Program-made: the position numbers and the translations under genes | Notes under the pieces: generated by a model | The model's database searches: none | Told to the model about the DNA's origin: nothing | Seen by the model: the letters and a program-made list of their open reading frames with translations, nothing else | Source of the DNA: an uncultured Acidobacteriota bacterium | GTDB lineage: Bacteria; Acidobacteriota; Vicinamibacteria; Fen-336 | NCBI GenBank assembly: GCA_964561785.1 | Contig: CAZLRF010000014.1 | Span: 25,816 to 89,815, forward strand | DNA length: 64,000 bases | Reading direction: 5' to 3' | Shown: positions 47,697 to 57,440 of the stretch, one piece after another | Numbering within the stretch: the first letter of the stretch is position 1 | Layout: every line of letters starts with the position of its first letter

Positions 47697-48313
47697 ATGG
47701 CCGGCGGCGACGGCTCGGACCCCACGCCGCTCGTTCGGGATGCGTTCGTCAACATCTTTCCGAAGTGGAGCCCGGACGGCGGTCATCTGATCTACGTGTC
47801 CGACACCGGCGGCGGACGGGCCGAGTATCGACGTGTGGCGATCTCCGGAGAGACGCCTCAGACGCTGCGCGGGAATGCGGCCGACTGGAACTTCGACGTC
47901 GGGCCCGACGGGCGCCTGCTGTTCAGGGATGCCGACGGCAGGGTCCAGTCCTACGACCCTTCGAGCCAGCAGACCCGGGAGCTCTCCGTCTCTCCCCAGA
48001 GCCAGAGCGGCTGGCTGCTACGCTGGTCACGCGACGGCCAGTCGGTCGCCTATCTCCTTTCCGCCGGCCGGGAGAACGACCCCCTGGCCGGCCTCTGGGT
48101 CGAGGACTTCGAGAGCCCTCCCCGGCAGGTCTTTCACGGCTGGGTCATGTGGTACGCGCGCGGGCCCGGGGACGAGATCTTCTTTCCTACTGGGCGGCGG
48201 CGAAGGGGCTCGCGGCGAACCACCTCGACGTCTCTCCCGACGGCCGCCACCTGGTCTTCGGCTCGCAGGAAGTCCAGCAGGCGAACATCGGCATGATCGA
48301 GACCGTTCGCTAG
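47697..48313 (+). pseudogene. TolB-like beta-propeller protein, frameshifted near its 3' end
   Basis: ATG at 47697 is preceded by an AAAAGGAGGGG Shine-Dalgarno. Frame A (47697..48296) carries TolB-type blades (FPKWSPDGGHLIYVSD, WNFDVGPDGRLLF, RWSRDGQSVAYL) up to ...GPGDEIFF, then degenerates. The next blade (NHLDVSPDGRHLVFGSQ) is in frame B (ORF 47765..48313). The switch point is near 48180-48190 (gacgagatcttctttcc). Confidence 0.55.
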
Positions 48314-48380
48314 ATGATCGGCACGACCCTCGCGCATTGCCGCATCACCGCAGCGATGGGTGCCGGAGGGATGGGCGAGT

Positions 48381-48418
48381 CTCTTGACAGAGACCTCATA
48401 GCGAGTCACAGTCAGAGG
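48381..48418 (+). promoter_or_regulatory. Putative promoter (-35 TTGACA) and Shine-Dalgarno for the antitoxin gene
   Basis: A locally AT-richer stretch ...tctcTTGACAgagacctcatagcgagtcacagtcAGAGGatgcag lies just 5' of the ATG at 48419, with AGAGGA 4 nt upstream. It sits inside codons 22-35 of ORF 48314..48742. Confidence 0.3.
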
Positions 48419-48742
48419 ATGCAGGCCGTCACGATCCGAGAAGCGAAGGCGCGGCTGCACGCGCTCGTCGAGGCCGCCGTGGGCGGGGAGCAGGTCGTCC
48501 TGATGCGGGGCTCGAAGCACGTGGCGCTGATCGTTCCGCTGACCGACGCGGACCTCGAGGTGTCTCCGCGCCTGACCGACGCGCAGGCCGGGCGGCTCTG
48601 GGCGGAGCTGGCGGCGGGGCTGCGGGACGGGTCGAGTGTCGTGATGGAAGGGCCCGCGCAGGCCGTCGGACACCTGGCCGGGGGGCGTGCACCGCGAGCC
48701 TCACGCCGAAAGGCGAAACGCCCGCCGGCCGCTCGACGGTGA
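48419..48742 (+). CDS. Phd/YefM-family type II antitoxin
   Basis: MQAVTIREAKARLHALVEAAVGGEQVVLMRGSKHVALIVPLTDADLE... matches the Phd/YefM N-terminal fold (..TISEAR..LS.L...V..GE.V.ITR.GKPVA.LVP). ORF 48314..48742 also has 35 upstream codons (MIGTTLAHCRITAAMGAGGMGE...) resembling a Ser/Thr-kinase N-terminus, interpreted as a remnant rather than part of the antitoxin. Confidence 0.7.
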   Translation: MQAVTIREAKARLHALVEAAVGGEQVVLMRGSKHVALIVPLTDADLEVSPRLTDAQAGRLWAELAAGLRDGSSVVMEGPAQAVGHLAGGRAPRASRRKAKRPPAARR

Positions 48743-49017
48743 GAATCGCGCTCACCGAGCGCTTCCAGCGCGCGGCGAGGGGGCTCGAGGGCGATCGGCG
48801 GGCGGCCGTGTTCGACGCGCTGCTGGCCCTGCCGAAAACGCTCGGCGAGCCGCATGCTCACGCCGGTCTCGGAATCCGAAAGCTCCACGCATCCGGGATC
48901 TGGGAGGCGCGCGTGGGCCTCGACCTCCGGCTCGTGTTCGCCTTGCAGCCCGACCTGCTGACTCTCGTTCACGTCGGCTCGCACGACGAGGTGCGCCGCT
49001 TCCTGCGCAGCCTCTGA
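48739..49017 (+). CDS. RelE/ParE-family type II toxin
   Basis: 92 aa, 4-nt overlap with the antitoxin stop (classic TA coupling); ...GLGIRKLHASGIWEARVGLDLRLVFALQPDLLTLVHVGSHDEVRRFL has the RelE/ParE pattern (L..L.....G.YR.R.GDYRIIY.I.D..L.I..IGHR). Confidence 0.65.
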   Translation: MRIALTERFQRAARGLEGDRRAAVFDALLALPKTLGEPHAHAGLGIRKLHASGIWEARVGLDLRLVFALQPDLLTLVHVGSHDEVRRFLRSL

Positions 49018-49128
49018 GCTCGACACGGCCGCGGGATCGTGACTGACGAGCCGGGGCAGTCTGCGCGCCCGCAGGACGCGCGGCGCCTCGCCCGTTTCGA
49101 GGGCGACGCGAAGCTGCTTCCTGAGGCG

Positions 49129-51243
49129 TCAGGGCAGGGCGAACGCGACGTAGCTGCCGCCGCTCGGAGCGCCCCACTTCCCGCCGCCGGCCGCGATCAC
49201 GACGTACTGCTTCCCGCCCACCGCGTACACCGCGGGCGACGCGTTGCCGGCGGCCGGCAGCGTCGTCTCCCACAGCAGCTTTCCGGTCGCCGCGTCGAAT
49301 GCCCGGAACTTGCGGTCGTAGCACGTCGCGCCGATGAAGAGGACGCCGCTCGCCGTGACGACCGGGCCGCCGTAGTTCTCGCTGCCGCTTCCGGCGAGGC
49401 CCGAGCCCGGCACCTCGCCGAGGGGCACCTGCCAGGCGATCGTCCCCCGGTTCATGTCGATCGCGGTGAGGGTGCCCCACGGCGGCTTCACGGCGGGGAA
49501 GCCGTCGGGGTCGGTGAAGCGCGCGTAGCCGTCGAGCGTGTAGGGCAGGTCGAACGGCGTCGGGGCGGCCGCGCTCACCACCTGCGACGTTCCGTCGACG
49601 ACGTAGCGCACGATGGCCCGCTGGACGGGGCCCGACAGGTGGGCGTTGCCCGGCATGCGGCCGCGGCCGCCGTGGACGACGTCCCCCACCTCGTCCGCGT
49701 TGAGCCTCGAGGCGATGCCGACGAGCGACGGGAACTCCGGCGGGCTCCCCGCGAGGTCCTTGCCGTGGCACGCCGCGCAGTGCTGCTCGTACAGGGCGCG
49801 GCCGGTGGTCGGCTTGCCGCCGGGCATCTCCCGCTCGGCGAGCCTCACGATCCACGCCATCTCGTTCGCGTTGACGTAGAGCAGGCCGCTCGAGGCGTCG
49901 TAGGCGACGCCTCCCCACTCGGCACCCCCGTCCATTCCGGGGAAGAGCACGGTCCCCTGCAGGCTCGGCGGGTCGAACTCGCCGCCCTTGCGCAGGGTGT
50001 CCCATTTCGCCTTCACCGCGCGCGCCGCCTCGGGGCTGCGGTTCGTGACGAGGTCCTCGGTGAAGCGCTGGCGCGTGAAGGGCGGGGGCAGCGACGGCAG
50101 CCGCTGCTTCGCCGCCGTGCGCTCGCCCGGCACGTCGGAGGGCGGGGCGTCGACCTCCTCCATGGGGAAGACGGGCTCGCCCGTCTCGCGGTCGAAGACG
50201 TAGAGCCGACCGTTCTTGCCACCGAGGGCGACGACGTCGCGCGGCCGGCCGTCCTTGCGGATCGTCACGAGGGCCGGGGGCTGCGGGAAGTCGCGGTCCC
50301 AGACGTCGTGCTTCACGGCCTGGAAGTGCCACACCCGCTCGCCGGTCGCGGCGCGCAGGCAGAGGACGGAGTTCGCGTAGAGGTTGTCGCCGGCGCGGTT
50401 CGCGCCGTAGAAGTCGTAGGACGTCGACCCGGTCGCCGCGTAGACGAGGCCGCGCCGCTCGTCGAGCGACACGCCCGACCAGGCGTTGGCCCCGCCGGCG
50501 TAGGTCCACGCGTCCTTCGGCCACGTCTCGTGGCCGGGCTCGCCCGGGTGCGGGATCGTGTGAAACGACCAGCGCAGCCGGCCGGTGTCGGCGTCGAACG
50601 CCCGGATGTCGCCGGGCGCCGAGGGCAGCCCCTCGGGCACGATCGAGCCGAGGATCAGCAGGTCCTCGAAGAAGACGCCGGGGGTGTTGAGGCCGACCGT
50701 GAGCGTGCGCGGGTCGCGGCCGGCGAACCCCTCGCGCAGGTCGATCCGGCCGTCCCGCCCGAAAGAGGCGAGCGGCCGGCCCGTCCGCGCGTCGAGCGCG
50801 TAGAGCCAGTGGCGCGCCGCGAAGTAGATCCGCCGGTCCTCGCCCCGCTCGCGGTACATGAGGCCGCGGATGCGCGTGCGGGTGGGCTTGTCGGCCGGCC
50901 CCTCGCTCGGGTCGAACGTCCACAGGGGCTTCCCGGTCGCGGCGTCGAGGGCGAAGACGCGCAGCTTCGGCGACGTCGCGTACAGGACGCCGCGAGCGAC
51001 GACCGGCTGGCACTGCATCTCCGACTCGGGGAACGCGTCGCCCGTGTCGTAGGTCCACGCCACCTTCAGGCGCGACACGTTCTCCTTCGTGATCTGGCGC
51101 AGCGGTGAGAAGCGGTCGAGGGCCGGCCGTCCGCCGTAGTGCGCCCAGTCGGTGTCGGGCGCGGAGGAGCCCCGGCACGCGGCGTTCGAGACGAGGACGA
51201 GGGCGGGCAGCAGGAGGGCGGCGAGCGGGCGGGGGAAGGACAT
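49129..51243 (-). CDS. PQQ-dependent quinohemoprotein dehydrogenase (8-bladed PQQ beta-propeller with inserted cytochrome c domain)
   Basis: Internal start [25 protein letters not shown] (signal peptide) at residue 98 of ORF 49129..51534. PQQ-repeat W-motifs ([53 protein letters not shown]). A heme-binding CAACHGK with the downstream Met ligand region (GGRGRMPG) is embedded between propeller blades. Confidence 0.8.
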   Translation of the reverse strand: MSFPRPLAALLLPALVLVSNAACRGSSAPDTDWAHYGGRPALDRFSPLRQITKENVSRLKVAWTYDTGDAFPESEMQCQPVVARGVLYATSPKLRVFALDAATGKPLWTFDPSEGPADKPTRTRIRGLMYRERGEDRRIYFAARHWLYALDARTGRPLASFGRDGRIDLREGFAGRDPRTLTVGLNTPGVFFEDLLILGSIVPEGLPSAPGDIRAFDADTGRLRWSFHTIPHPGEPGHETWPKDAWTYAGGANAWSGVSLDERRGLVYAATGSTSYDFYGANRAGDNLYANSVLCLRAATGERVWHFQAVKHDVWDRDFPQPPALVTIRKDGRPRDVVALGGKNGRLYVFDRETGEPVFPMEEVDAPPSDVPGERTAAKQRLPSLPPPFTRQRFTEDLVTNRSPEAARAVKAKWDTLRKGGEFDPPSLQGTVLFPGMDGGAEWGGVAYDASSGLLYVNANEMAWIVRLAEREMPGGKPTTGRALYEQHCAACHGKDLAGSPPEFPSLVGIASRLNADEVGDVVHGGRGRMPGNAHLSGPVQRAIVRYVVDGTSQVVSAAAPTPFDLPYTLDGYARFTDPDGFPAVKPPWGTLTAIDMNRGTIAWQVPLGEVPGSGLAGSGSENYGGPVVTASGVLFIGATCYDRKFRAFDAATGKLLWETTLPAAGNASPAVYAVGGKQYVVIAAGGGKWGAPSGGSYVAFALP

Positions 51244-51301
51244 GGCGCCTTGTAGCAGCAGCGGGCGGCGCCCGCAACCGAGCCCTGCTACCTTCCCGTC
51301 C

Positions 51302-53740
51302 ATGACCCGGTCCCGCCTGACGCTCCTGCCCCTCGTCCTCCTCGCCTCCGGTCCGGCCCGGGCCGCCGACGCTCCCCTGCGCCTCTGGTACGAGAACCCG
51401 GCCGCCACATGGGTCGAGGCGCTCCCGATCGGCAACGGCCGCCTCGGCGCGATGGTGTTCGGCGACCCCCTCCGGGAGCGGCTGGCCCTCAACGAGGACA
51501 CGCTCTGGTCGGGCGGCCCTACGGAGTGGAACAACCCCGACGCAAAGACCTGGCTCCCGAAGGTGCGGGAGGCCGTCTTCGCGGGCCGCTACGCGGAGGC
51601 CGACGCCCTCGCGAAGAGAATGCAGGGGCCGTACAACCAGTCCTACCAGCCGCTCGGCGACCTACTCCTCGAGTTCGAGGTTCCCGGGCCGATCGAAGGC
51701 TACCGGCGGGAGCTCGACCTCGAGCGCGCCGTCGCCACGTCCACGTTCCGCTCCGGCGGCGCGACCCACGTCCGCGAGGCCCTCGCCAGCGTCCCCGACC
51801 AGGTGGTCGTCCTGCGCGTCGCGGCGGATCGCCCCGGCCAGGTGTCGTTCACCGCACGACTGGACAGCAAGCTCCACCACGCGACCGCGGCCGAGAGCGC
51901 GGACACGATCGCGCTGCGCGGCCGGGCCCCCAGCCACGTCGACCCGAGCTACCTCGGCGACACGAAGGAGCCGGTCCGCTACGACGAGGGCCTGGGCGCC
52001 GAAGGGATGCGCTTCACGACGCTCTTGAAGGTGGTCGCGCACGGCGGGACGGTGCGGACGACGCCGGAGGGCCGCCTCGAGGTGAAGGGGGCCGACGAGG
52101 CGGTCCTCTTTCTCTCCGCGGCCACCAGCTTCAACGGATTCGAGCGCTCGCCGGCCCGCGAGGGGAAGGACGCGGACGCCGCGGCCCTGGCCCCGCTCCG
52201 CCCCGCCTCGGCGAAGGCCTGGCCGGCCCTGCGCGACGCCCACGTCGCCGACCACGCTCGCCTCTTCGGACGGGTGCGCCTCGACCTCGGCGCGCCCGCG
52301 AGCGATCGCCCCACCGACGAGCGCCTGCGCGTCTACCACCACGGCGAGGACCCCGGCCTCGTCGCCCTCGTCTTCCAGTACGGCCGCTACCTCCTGATCG
52401 CCAGCTCTCGCCCCGGCACCCAGCCCGCCAACCTCCAGGGCCTCTGGAACGAGGACGTCCGCCCGCCGTGGAGCTCCAACTGGACGATCAACATCAACAG
52501 CGAGATGAACTACTGGCCCGCGCAGCCGACGAACCTCGGCGAGTGCCACGAGCCGATGCTGCGGATGATCGCCGAGCTCGCGCGGAACGGCCGGGAGACC
52601 GCCCGGGTCAACTACGGCGCGCGCGGCTGGGTCGCCCACCACAACGCCGACCTCTGGCGCCAGACCGCGCCCGTGGGCAACTGGGGCGAGGGCGACCCCA
52701 AGTGGGCCAACTGGCCGATGGGGGCCGTGTGGCACTCGATGGACCTCTGGGAGCGCTTCGCCTTCACCCGCGACGAGGCCTGGCTGCGGGCGTTCGCCTG
52801 GCCGCACCTGCGCGGCGCCGCGGAGTTCGCCCTCGACTGGCTCGTCCCCGACGGGAAAGGCGGCCTCGCAACCGCGCCCTCCGTCTCCCCCGAGAACGTG
52901 TTCTTCACCCCGGACGGCCAGAAGGCCGACGTCTCCGCCTCGACCACGTCCGACCTCGCCCTCCTGCGCGAGCTGTTCTCGAACGCGATCGAGGCCTCGG
53001 CGATCCTCGACGTGGACGCCGCCCTGCGCCGCGAGATGGAGCAGGCGCTCGCGAAGCTCCCCCCCTACCGGGTCGGCCGCCGCGGCCAGCTCCAGGAGTG
53101 GAGCGAGGACTTCGACGAGCCCGAGCCCCACCACCGCCACGTCTCGCACCTCATCGGGCTCCACCCCGGCCGCTCGATCACCCCGCAGGAGACCCCGGCT
53201 CTCGCCGACGCCGTCCGGCGGACCCTCGAGCTGCGGGGCGACGACAGCACCGGCTGGTCGATGGCCTGGAAGGTGAACCTGTGGGCGCGCCTGCGCGACG
53301 GCGACCGCGCCCACCGCTTGATCGGCTACCTCCTGCGCCTCGTCGAGACGACGGGCACGAGCTACGGCGGCGGGGGCGGCGTCTACGCCAACCTCTTCGA
53401 CGCCCACCCGCCGTTCCAGATCGACGGCAACTTCGGCGTCACCGCCGGCATCGCGGAGATGCTCGTCCAGTCGCACCGCCGCGACGCCGACGGCCGGACG
53501 GGCGTCGTCGACCTGCTCCCGGCGCTACCTTCCGCGTGGCCGACCGGACGGGTCGCGGGCCTGCGCGCCCGGGGCGCCTTCGAGGTGGACGTGGAGTGGG
53601 AGAGCGGCCGCCTGAAGTCGGCCACGGTGCGCTCCGACCGCGGTGGGTCGCTCGTCGTCGAGTACGCCGGCAAGCGCGCGTCGTTCCCGACGCGGGCCGG
53701 GGAGTCGATCCGGCTCGACGCCGCGCTCGCGCGCCGCTGA
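51302..53740 (+). CDS. Glycoside hydrolase family 95 (alpha-L-fucosidase-like)
   Basis: Internal start [54 protein letters not shown]... (canonical GH95 N-terminus) at residue 51 of ORF 51152..53740; ...[11 protein letters not shown]..., FQIDGNFG. 812 aa. Confidence 0.88.
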   Translation: MTRSRLTLLPLVLLASGPARAADAPLRLWYENPAATWVEALPIGNGRLGAMVFGDPLRERLALNEDTLWSGGPTEWNNPDAKTWLPKVREAVFAGRYAEADALAKRMQGPYNQSYQPLGDLLLEFEVPGPIEGYRRELDLERAVATSTFRSGGATHVREALASVPDQVVVLRVAADRPGQVSFTARLDSKLHHATAAESADTIALRGRAPSHVDPSYLGDTKEPVRYDEGLGAEGMRFTTLLKVVAHGGTVRTTPEGRLEVKGADEAVLFLSAATSFNGFERSPAREGKDADAAALAPLRPASAKAWPALRDAHVADHARLFGRVRLDLGAPASDRPTDERLRVYHHGEDPGLVALVFQYGRYLLIASSRPGTQPANLQGLWNEDVRPPWSSNWTININSEMNYWPAQPTNLGECHEPMLRMIAELARNGRETARVNYGARGWVAHHNADLWRQTAPVGNWGEGDPKWANWPMGAVWHSMDLWERFAFTRDEAWLRAFAWPHLRGAAEFALDWLVPDGKGGLATAPSVSPENVFFTPDGQKADVSASTTSDLALLRELFSNAIEASAILDVDAALRREMEQALAKLPPYRVGRRGQLQEWSEDFDEPEPHHRHVSHLIGLHPGRSITPQETPALADAVRRTLELRGDDSTGWSMAWKVNLWARLRDGDRAHRLIGYLLRLVETTGTSYGGGGGVYANLFDAHPPFQIDGNFGVTAGIAEMLVQSHRRDADGRTGVVDLLPALPSAWPTGRVAGLRARGAFEVDVEWESGRLKSATVRSDRGGSLVVEYAGKRASFPTRAGESIRLDAALARR

Positions 53741-53866
53741 CCCATCGCGCTCCAGGGCCCCGCCGGAGCCGTCCCGCCGTCACCAGCGACTCGAACTGGC
53801 GTTTCACCCGCCGGATCATGCCACGGCGGCCCGCGCCGGCTCCGGCTCGCGTGCTAGAGTCGGCGT

Positions 53867-54127
53867 GTGAGGAGCACAGCCGCACGACGGGCTAGAGCCC
53901 GCAGCCGCTGGCCGGTCCTCGTCGCAAGCCTGAGGGACCAGCCCCCCGACGACCTGTCCGCGAGCACCACGCTCGCCGAGCGGATCGCGATGATGGCCCC
54001 GCTCGCGGAGACCGCCTGGCGCTTTGCCGGGCTCCCGCTCCCTCGCTACAGCCGCAGACGCATTCCCGTCCGCCTTCTGGTGCGCCGTGGCAGCGAAGAA
54101 ACCGAGATCCCCCTCCCGCGGCGGTAG
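53867..54127 (+). CDS. Small hypothetical ORF upstream of the nucleotidyltransferase-like gene (possible partner or antitoxin fragment)
   Basis: 86 aa; the C-terminal half (STTLAERIAMMAPLAETAWRFAGLPLPRYSRRRIPVRLLVRRG) has non-random composition and overlaps the start region of the next gene. Speculative. Confidence 0.3.
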   Translation: MRSTAARRARARSRWPVLVASLRDQPPDDLSASTTLAERIAMMAPLAETAWRFAGLPLPRYSRRRIPVRLLVRRGSEETEIPLPRR

Positions 54128-54704
54128 ACAGGCAGGCATCGCACGACGGCCCGTCCGCTCGGCCCCGGAGCTCCTGCAGGACTTCGTCGACGTCGTCTCG
54201 GCGCTCAACGACTCGCACGCCCGCTTTCTCGTCGTCGGCGCCTACGCGATGGCGGCGCACGGCGTCCCCCGAGCGACGGGCGACTTCGACATCTGGGTCG
54301 AGCCAACCCACGAGAACGCTCCCCGGGTGTTCGCAGCGCTGGCGCGCTTCGGCGCGCCACTGCAATCACTGGGCGTGACGGTCGACGACTTCGTGACACC
54401 AGGCGTCGTCTGCCAGATCGGGCTCCCGCCTCGCCGCATCGACATCACCACGCTCATCGACGGCGTGACCTTCGACGAGGCCTGGGCGGGCCGGCTCGAG
54501 GGCGCGCTCGGGAACGTCCGCCTGAGCTACATCGGCCGCGAGGCGCTGCTGCGGAACAAGGAGGCCGTGGGGCGCGCGAAGGATCTCGCCGACCTCGAGG
54601 CGCTCAGGTCCACGAGCGTCCAGCAGAGTCATCGCGCGACCGCGGAGGCGATCGCAGCCGACGATCTGCGGACGGCCGCGTCGAGGCGCTCGCGGAAGCG
54701 GTAG
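54024..54704 (+). CDS. Nucleotidyltransferase-fold protein (uncharacterised NTase family, TA/abortive-infection-like); start uncertain
   Basis: Core ...LLQDFVDVVSALNDSHARFLVVGAYAMAAHGVPRATGDFDIWVEP...: the G..A.A.HG......D.D. pattern of minimal nucleotidyltransferases. A probable real start is an internal GTG or ATG near 54150, because the N-terminal 40 aa of the ORF are Arg/Ala junk. Confidence 0.55.
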   Translation: MPGSRSLATAADAFPSAFWCAVAAKKPRSPSRGGRQAGIARRPVRSAPELLQDFVDVVSALNDSHARFLVVGAYAMAAHGVPRATGDFDIWVEPTHENAPRVFAALARFGAPLQSLGVTVDDFVTPGVVCQIGLPPRRIDITTLIDGVTFDEAWAGRLEGALGNVRLSYIGREALLRNKEAVGRAKDLADLEALRSTSVQQSHRATAEAIAADDLRTAASRRSRKR

Positions 54705-54967
54705 TTTCGGGACGGCGGTCCCGCAGATCGTCGAAGAGACGAGGTTGTCGTCGTCGGTGGGCCAGTGCCGCTGGAAATCGTCGAGGAAGAGATGCCAGTC
54801 GCGCGGCAGGCCGTACCTGTCGAAGTACTCGATCGGGAAGCCGAAGGCGGCACCCGTGTCGGCTCGCCGTCCCGCCCCGCCACGAACGCCTGGAGCCCAG
54901 GCAGGCTCGCCGTAGGAACCTGGGCCCCCGAGTAGTCGATCCCGACGTACCGCTGGAACTGGGCCAC
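54629..54967 (-). pseudogene. Frameshifted remnant of an unidentified gene
   Basis: ORF 54629..54967 starts MAQFQRYVGIDYSGAQVPTASLPGLQAFVAGRDGEPTRV then turns into Ser/Thr junk. A better-looking continuation (AAFGFPIEYFDRYGLPRDWHLFLDDFQRHWPTDDDNLVSS) is in another minus frame (ORF 54366..54974). Consistent with a decayed gene; family not recognised. Confidence 0.3.
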
Positions 54968-55120
54968 CGATCACCTCCTACGACCCGCCGCCTGTGTCCT
55001 GGAACTGAGTTCCCATCGAGCCACGGGAGCGAACGCGAACAACCTGACCGGGCTCCGGGACGGCGAGCGTTCGGCTGGATGGGCCGCCGCCCATTCGAGG
55101 CCCCGCTTCAGCATCCGGCC

Positions 55121-55537
55121 GTACTCTAAGGGATGGGGGTCGAGATCGCGTCGGCCCGGCGGCGCTCGGCCACCGCCATCACCACCGAGTCGACGAGCCC
55201 CAGGCGCAGGCCGCGGTGGCGCCGCGAGATCTCCTCCGCGCGGGACGAGGTCGGCGGGGTCGCCCCACTCGATGGCCCACGCCCCGGAGGCGAGGTCCCC
55301 CGAGAAGCGCTCCCGGGCCCGCGCGCTGACGTGCTCCGCGAGGAGATAGTCGACCTCCGGCAGGATCGCCCAGGGGAGGATCCAGTCGTCGGGGCTCGTC
55401 TCGAAGAGGCGCCGGGGCGCGGCGTGGTGGCGGTCGTCGGCGTCGACGAGCGCCACGATCGCGCCCGTGTCGGCGACGATCACCGCCGCCCCATGCCCCC
55501 GAGCAGCTCCTCGGCCCGCTCCGAGACGTCCCCACAC
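55121..55537 (-). pseudogene. VapC-like PIN-domain toxin, frameshifted
   Basis: N-terminal half in ORF 54971..55537: (GTG about 55483) VIVADTGAIVALVDADDRHHAAPRRLFETSPDDWILPWAILPEVDYLLAEHVSARARERFSGDLASGAWAIEWGDPADL; after this the frame degenerates into Pro/Arg junk. Re-reading about 55255 to 55121 in another minus frame gives ...RAEEISRRHRGLRLGLVDSVVMAVAERRRADAISTPIP*, a typical PIN C-terminal half (third and fourth acidic residues). A 1-2 nt indel near 55256 splits the gene. Confidence 0.6.
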
Positions 55538-55539
55538 GC

Positions 55540-55727
55540 TTGCTGCGGCCGGCCCCGACGCTCCGGGGCGGGCGCGCCCCTCCCCGCCGCCGCGCGTACT
55601 CGGCGACCGCCTCGTGGACGAGCTCGGCCGCTGGCCGACCCTCGCGCAGCGCGAGCGTCTTCAGGCGCCGGTAGTCCGCCGCGGGCAGGTAGAGGGTCGT
55701 CAAGCCCCTGGCCCGGCATCGGGCCAT
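55540..55727 (-). CDS. Ribbon-helix-helix (CopG/VapB-like) antitoxin
   Basis: MARCRARGLTTLYLPAADYRRLKTLALREGRPAAELVHEAVAEYARRRGG is a textbook RHH N-terminus. The ORF (55179..55727) has no in-frame stop before 55179, so the C-terminus is undefined; the 3' boundary given is approximate. Confidence 0.5.
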
Positions 55728-55730
55728 CGC

Positions 55731-57053
55731 TCAGTGGCCCCGGAACAGCCGCGACCAGATGCCCGGCTTGGCCGGCCGGGGTGTCGGGCGCTTCGGCGGC
55801 GCGGCACGCCGGGGAGCCGGGGCGGCGGCCTTCGCCTTTGGGGGCTTGCCCTCGGTCTCGAGGTGCCCCACCACCTCGCCGTCCCGGATCAGGAAGACGA
55901 CCGGCGAGAGCTGCGGGGCGCCCTCGGTCTCGGCGTGCAGAACGGCCGCGACCGCGGCGAAGCCGGCGATCTCCGGCGGCGCCACCCTCTCGGTGACGAG
56001 CAGCACGCCCTTGTAGGGCACGGCCGCGGCGAGCAGCTCCGCCCCGAGCGTGCGGTGCAGGCCCCGCAGGAAGGCGCGGTCGAGGATCTTCTCGCTCGCG
56101 TAGAAGTGGTCGCTGACGACGTGCACCTTCACGCCGCCGACGTCGTGGGCGACGGCCGGCAGGTCGAGCTTCGCCAGGTTGGCGAGCGCCTCGTCGAAGT
56201 GGCGATCGGCGTCGGGGCTGCCGGCCGGGAGGTAGGCGAACGAGTTCGGCTGGTCCCAGCCGACGAACACCAGCGGGATGCGCCCGGCCGCGGGGCCCCT
56301 CACGTCGAGGAGCGGCCGGCAGACGCCGTGCTCGCGGGGGAAGTCGGCCGGCTTGAGGTTCGGCATCGCCGGCCCTTCCTCGTCGCGGCCCACGTCGTCG
56401 GCCATGAGGACGAGCCGGCCCGGCCGCTGCGACTCCCCCTGGTCGAGGAAGCGGTGCGCCCGGTCGACGACATTGAAGGTGCCCTTGCCCGCCGTGAACG
56501 CGAACGGGAACAGGCCGTCGCGGTCCCGGGCCGCGGTCCAGCGTCCGCCGGTCTTCGCGCGCAGCAGCTCTCCGCACAGGGCGGCGAGCTCGAGGACCCG
56601 GGCCCAGTACTGCCCCTCGTCGTCGTCCTGGCGCGGCGGCGAGGCGAGGGTCGCGTCCTCGAGCCGCTCGAGCAGGGCCGCGTCGAGGCTCGCCCCCTCG
56701 CGCGCGGCGACCCGGGCGGCGAGGCTCCGGAAGGCCTCGTCGGCGATGTCGTCCAGGGAGCGCGACGCCCCGGCCGGCTCCTCGGCGCCGTCCACCGAAA
56801 CGACGCCGCCCGCCGCGGCCACCGCCTCGCGCAGGAAGCCCGGCGGCGCGAAGCGGCAGACGTAACTGACGTCGGCCCCGCCCTCGCGCTCGCCCATCGC
56901 GCGCGCGGCGCTCACCCGGGTGAGGGCGAACAGCACGCTCAGCTCGGGCTCGGCCTCGATCTGCTCGGCCGAGCGGTGGTCGGTGAGCACGTAGCCCTCC
57001 CGCCCGTCCTCCTTCTTCGTGACGATGTCGATGCGGTCGAGCGTGGTGTACAT
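55731..57053 (-). CDS. Hypothetical protein (about 440 aa), unknown function
   Basis: Start MYTTLDRIDIVTKKEDGREGYVLTDHRSAEQIEAEPELSVLFALTRV... (residue 18 of ORF 55731..57104); balanced composition, no TM segment or signal peptide, Ala/Pro/Lys-rich C-terminal tail (KPPKAKAAAPAPRRAAPPKRPTPRPAKPG). No family recognised. Confidence 0.55.
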   Translation of the reverse strand: MYTTLDRIDIVTKKEDGREGYVLTDHRSAEQIEAEPELSVLFALTRVSAARAMGEREGGADVSYVCRFAPPGFLREAVAAAGGVVSVDGAEEPAGASRSLDDIADEAFRSLAARVAAREGASLDAALLERLEDATLASPPRQDDDEGQYWARVLELAALCGELLRAKTGGRWTAARDRDGLFPFAFTAGKGTFNVVDRAHRFLDQGESQRPGRLVLMADDVGRDEEGPAMPNLKPADFPREHGVCRPLLDVRGPAAGRIPLVFVGWDQPNSFAYLPAGSPDADRHFDEALANLAKLDLPAVAHDVGGVKVHVVSDHFYASEKILDRAFLRGLHRTLGAELLAAAVPYKGVLLVTERVAPPEIAGFAAVAAVLHAETEGAPQLSPVVFLIRDGEVVGHLETEGKPPKAKAAAPAPRRAAPPKRPTPRPAKPGIWSRLFRGH

Positions 57054-57440
57054 GGGCCCTCCGAGCTTCAGCGCGACGGTCGAGCGACGGTCGCCGCCAA
57101 GCACCCGCGGCGGGCAGGAATCTACTCGAAGAGGTCGTCGACCGCGAACGTCCAGGCCGGCAGGGCGAGGGCGGCGAGCGCCGCGACCAGATCAAGGTCC
57201 GGCCCCGGCGTTCGCCCGGAAGCTCCGGCCGGACGCTGACTCGACGCGCATCCCCGCGATCTGCGGCGGTAGTCGTCCCCCACGTGACGTCCGAGGCGCC
57301 TGGAGGACGTTCGGGGCCGACGCTCTCGCCACTGCACGCGTGCCGGCTGCCGTCCGCCCCGCGGCCCGTTCCCGCCCGGCGGGAGACTCGTGCCCGTAGC
57401 GTGCCCACGAGGAATCGCTTATCGTTGGCTCGGCTCCGCG

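Noticed and set aside
48752-53895. ORFs 48752..51277 (-), 49039..51108 (+), 51409..53895 (+), 51662..53476 (-)
   Set aside because: Shadows of the PQQ dehydrogenase and GH95 genes.
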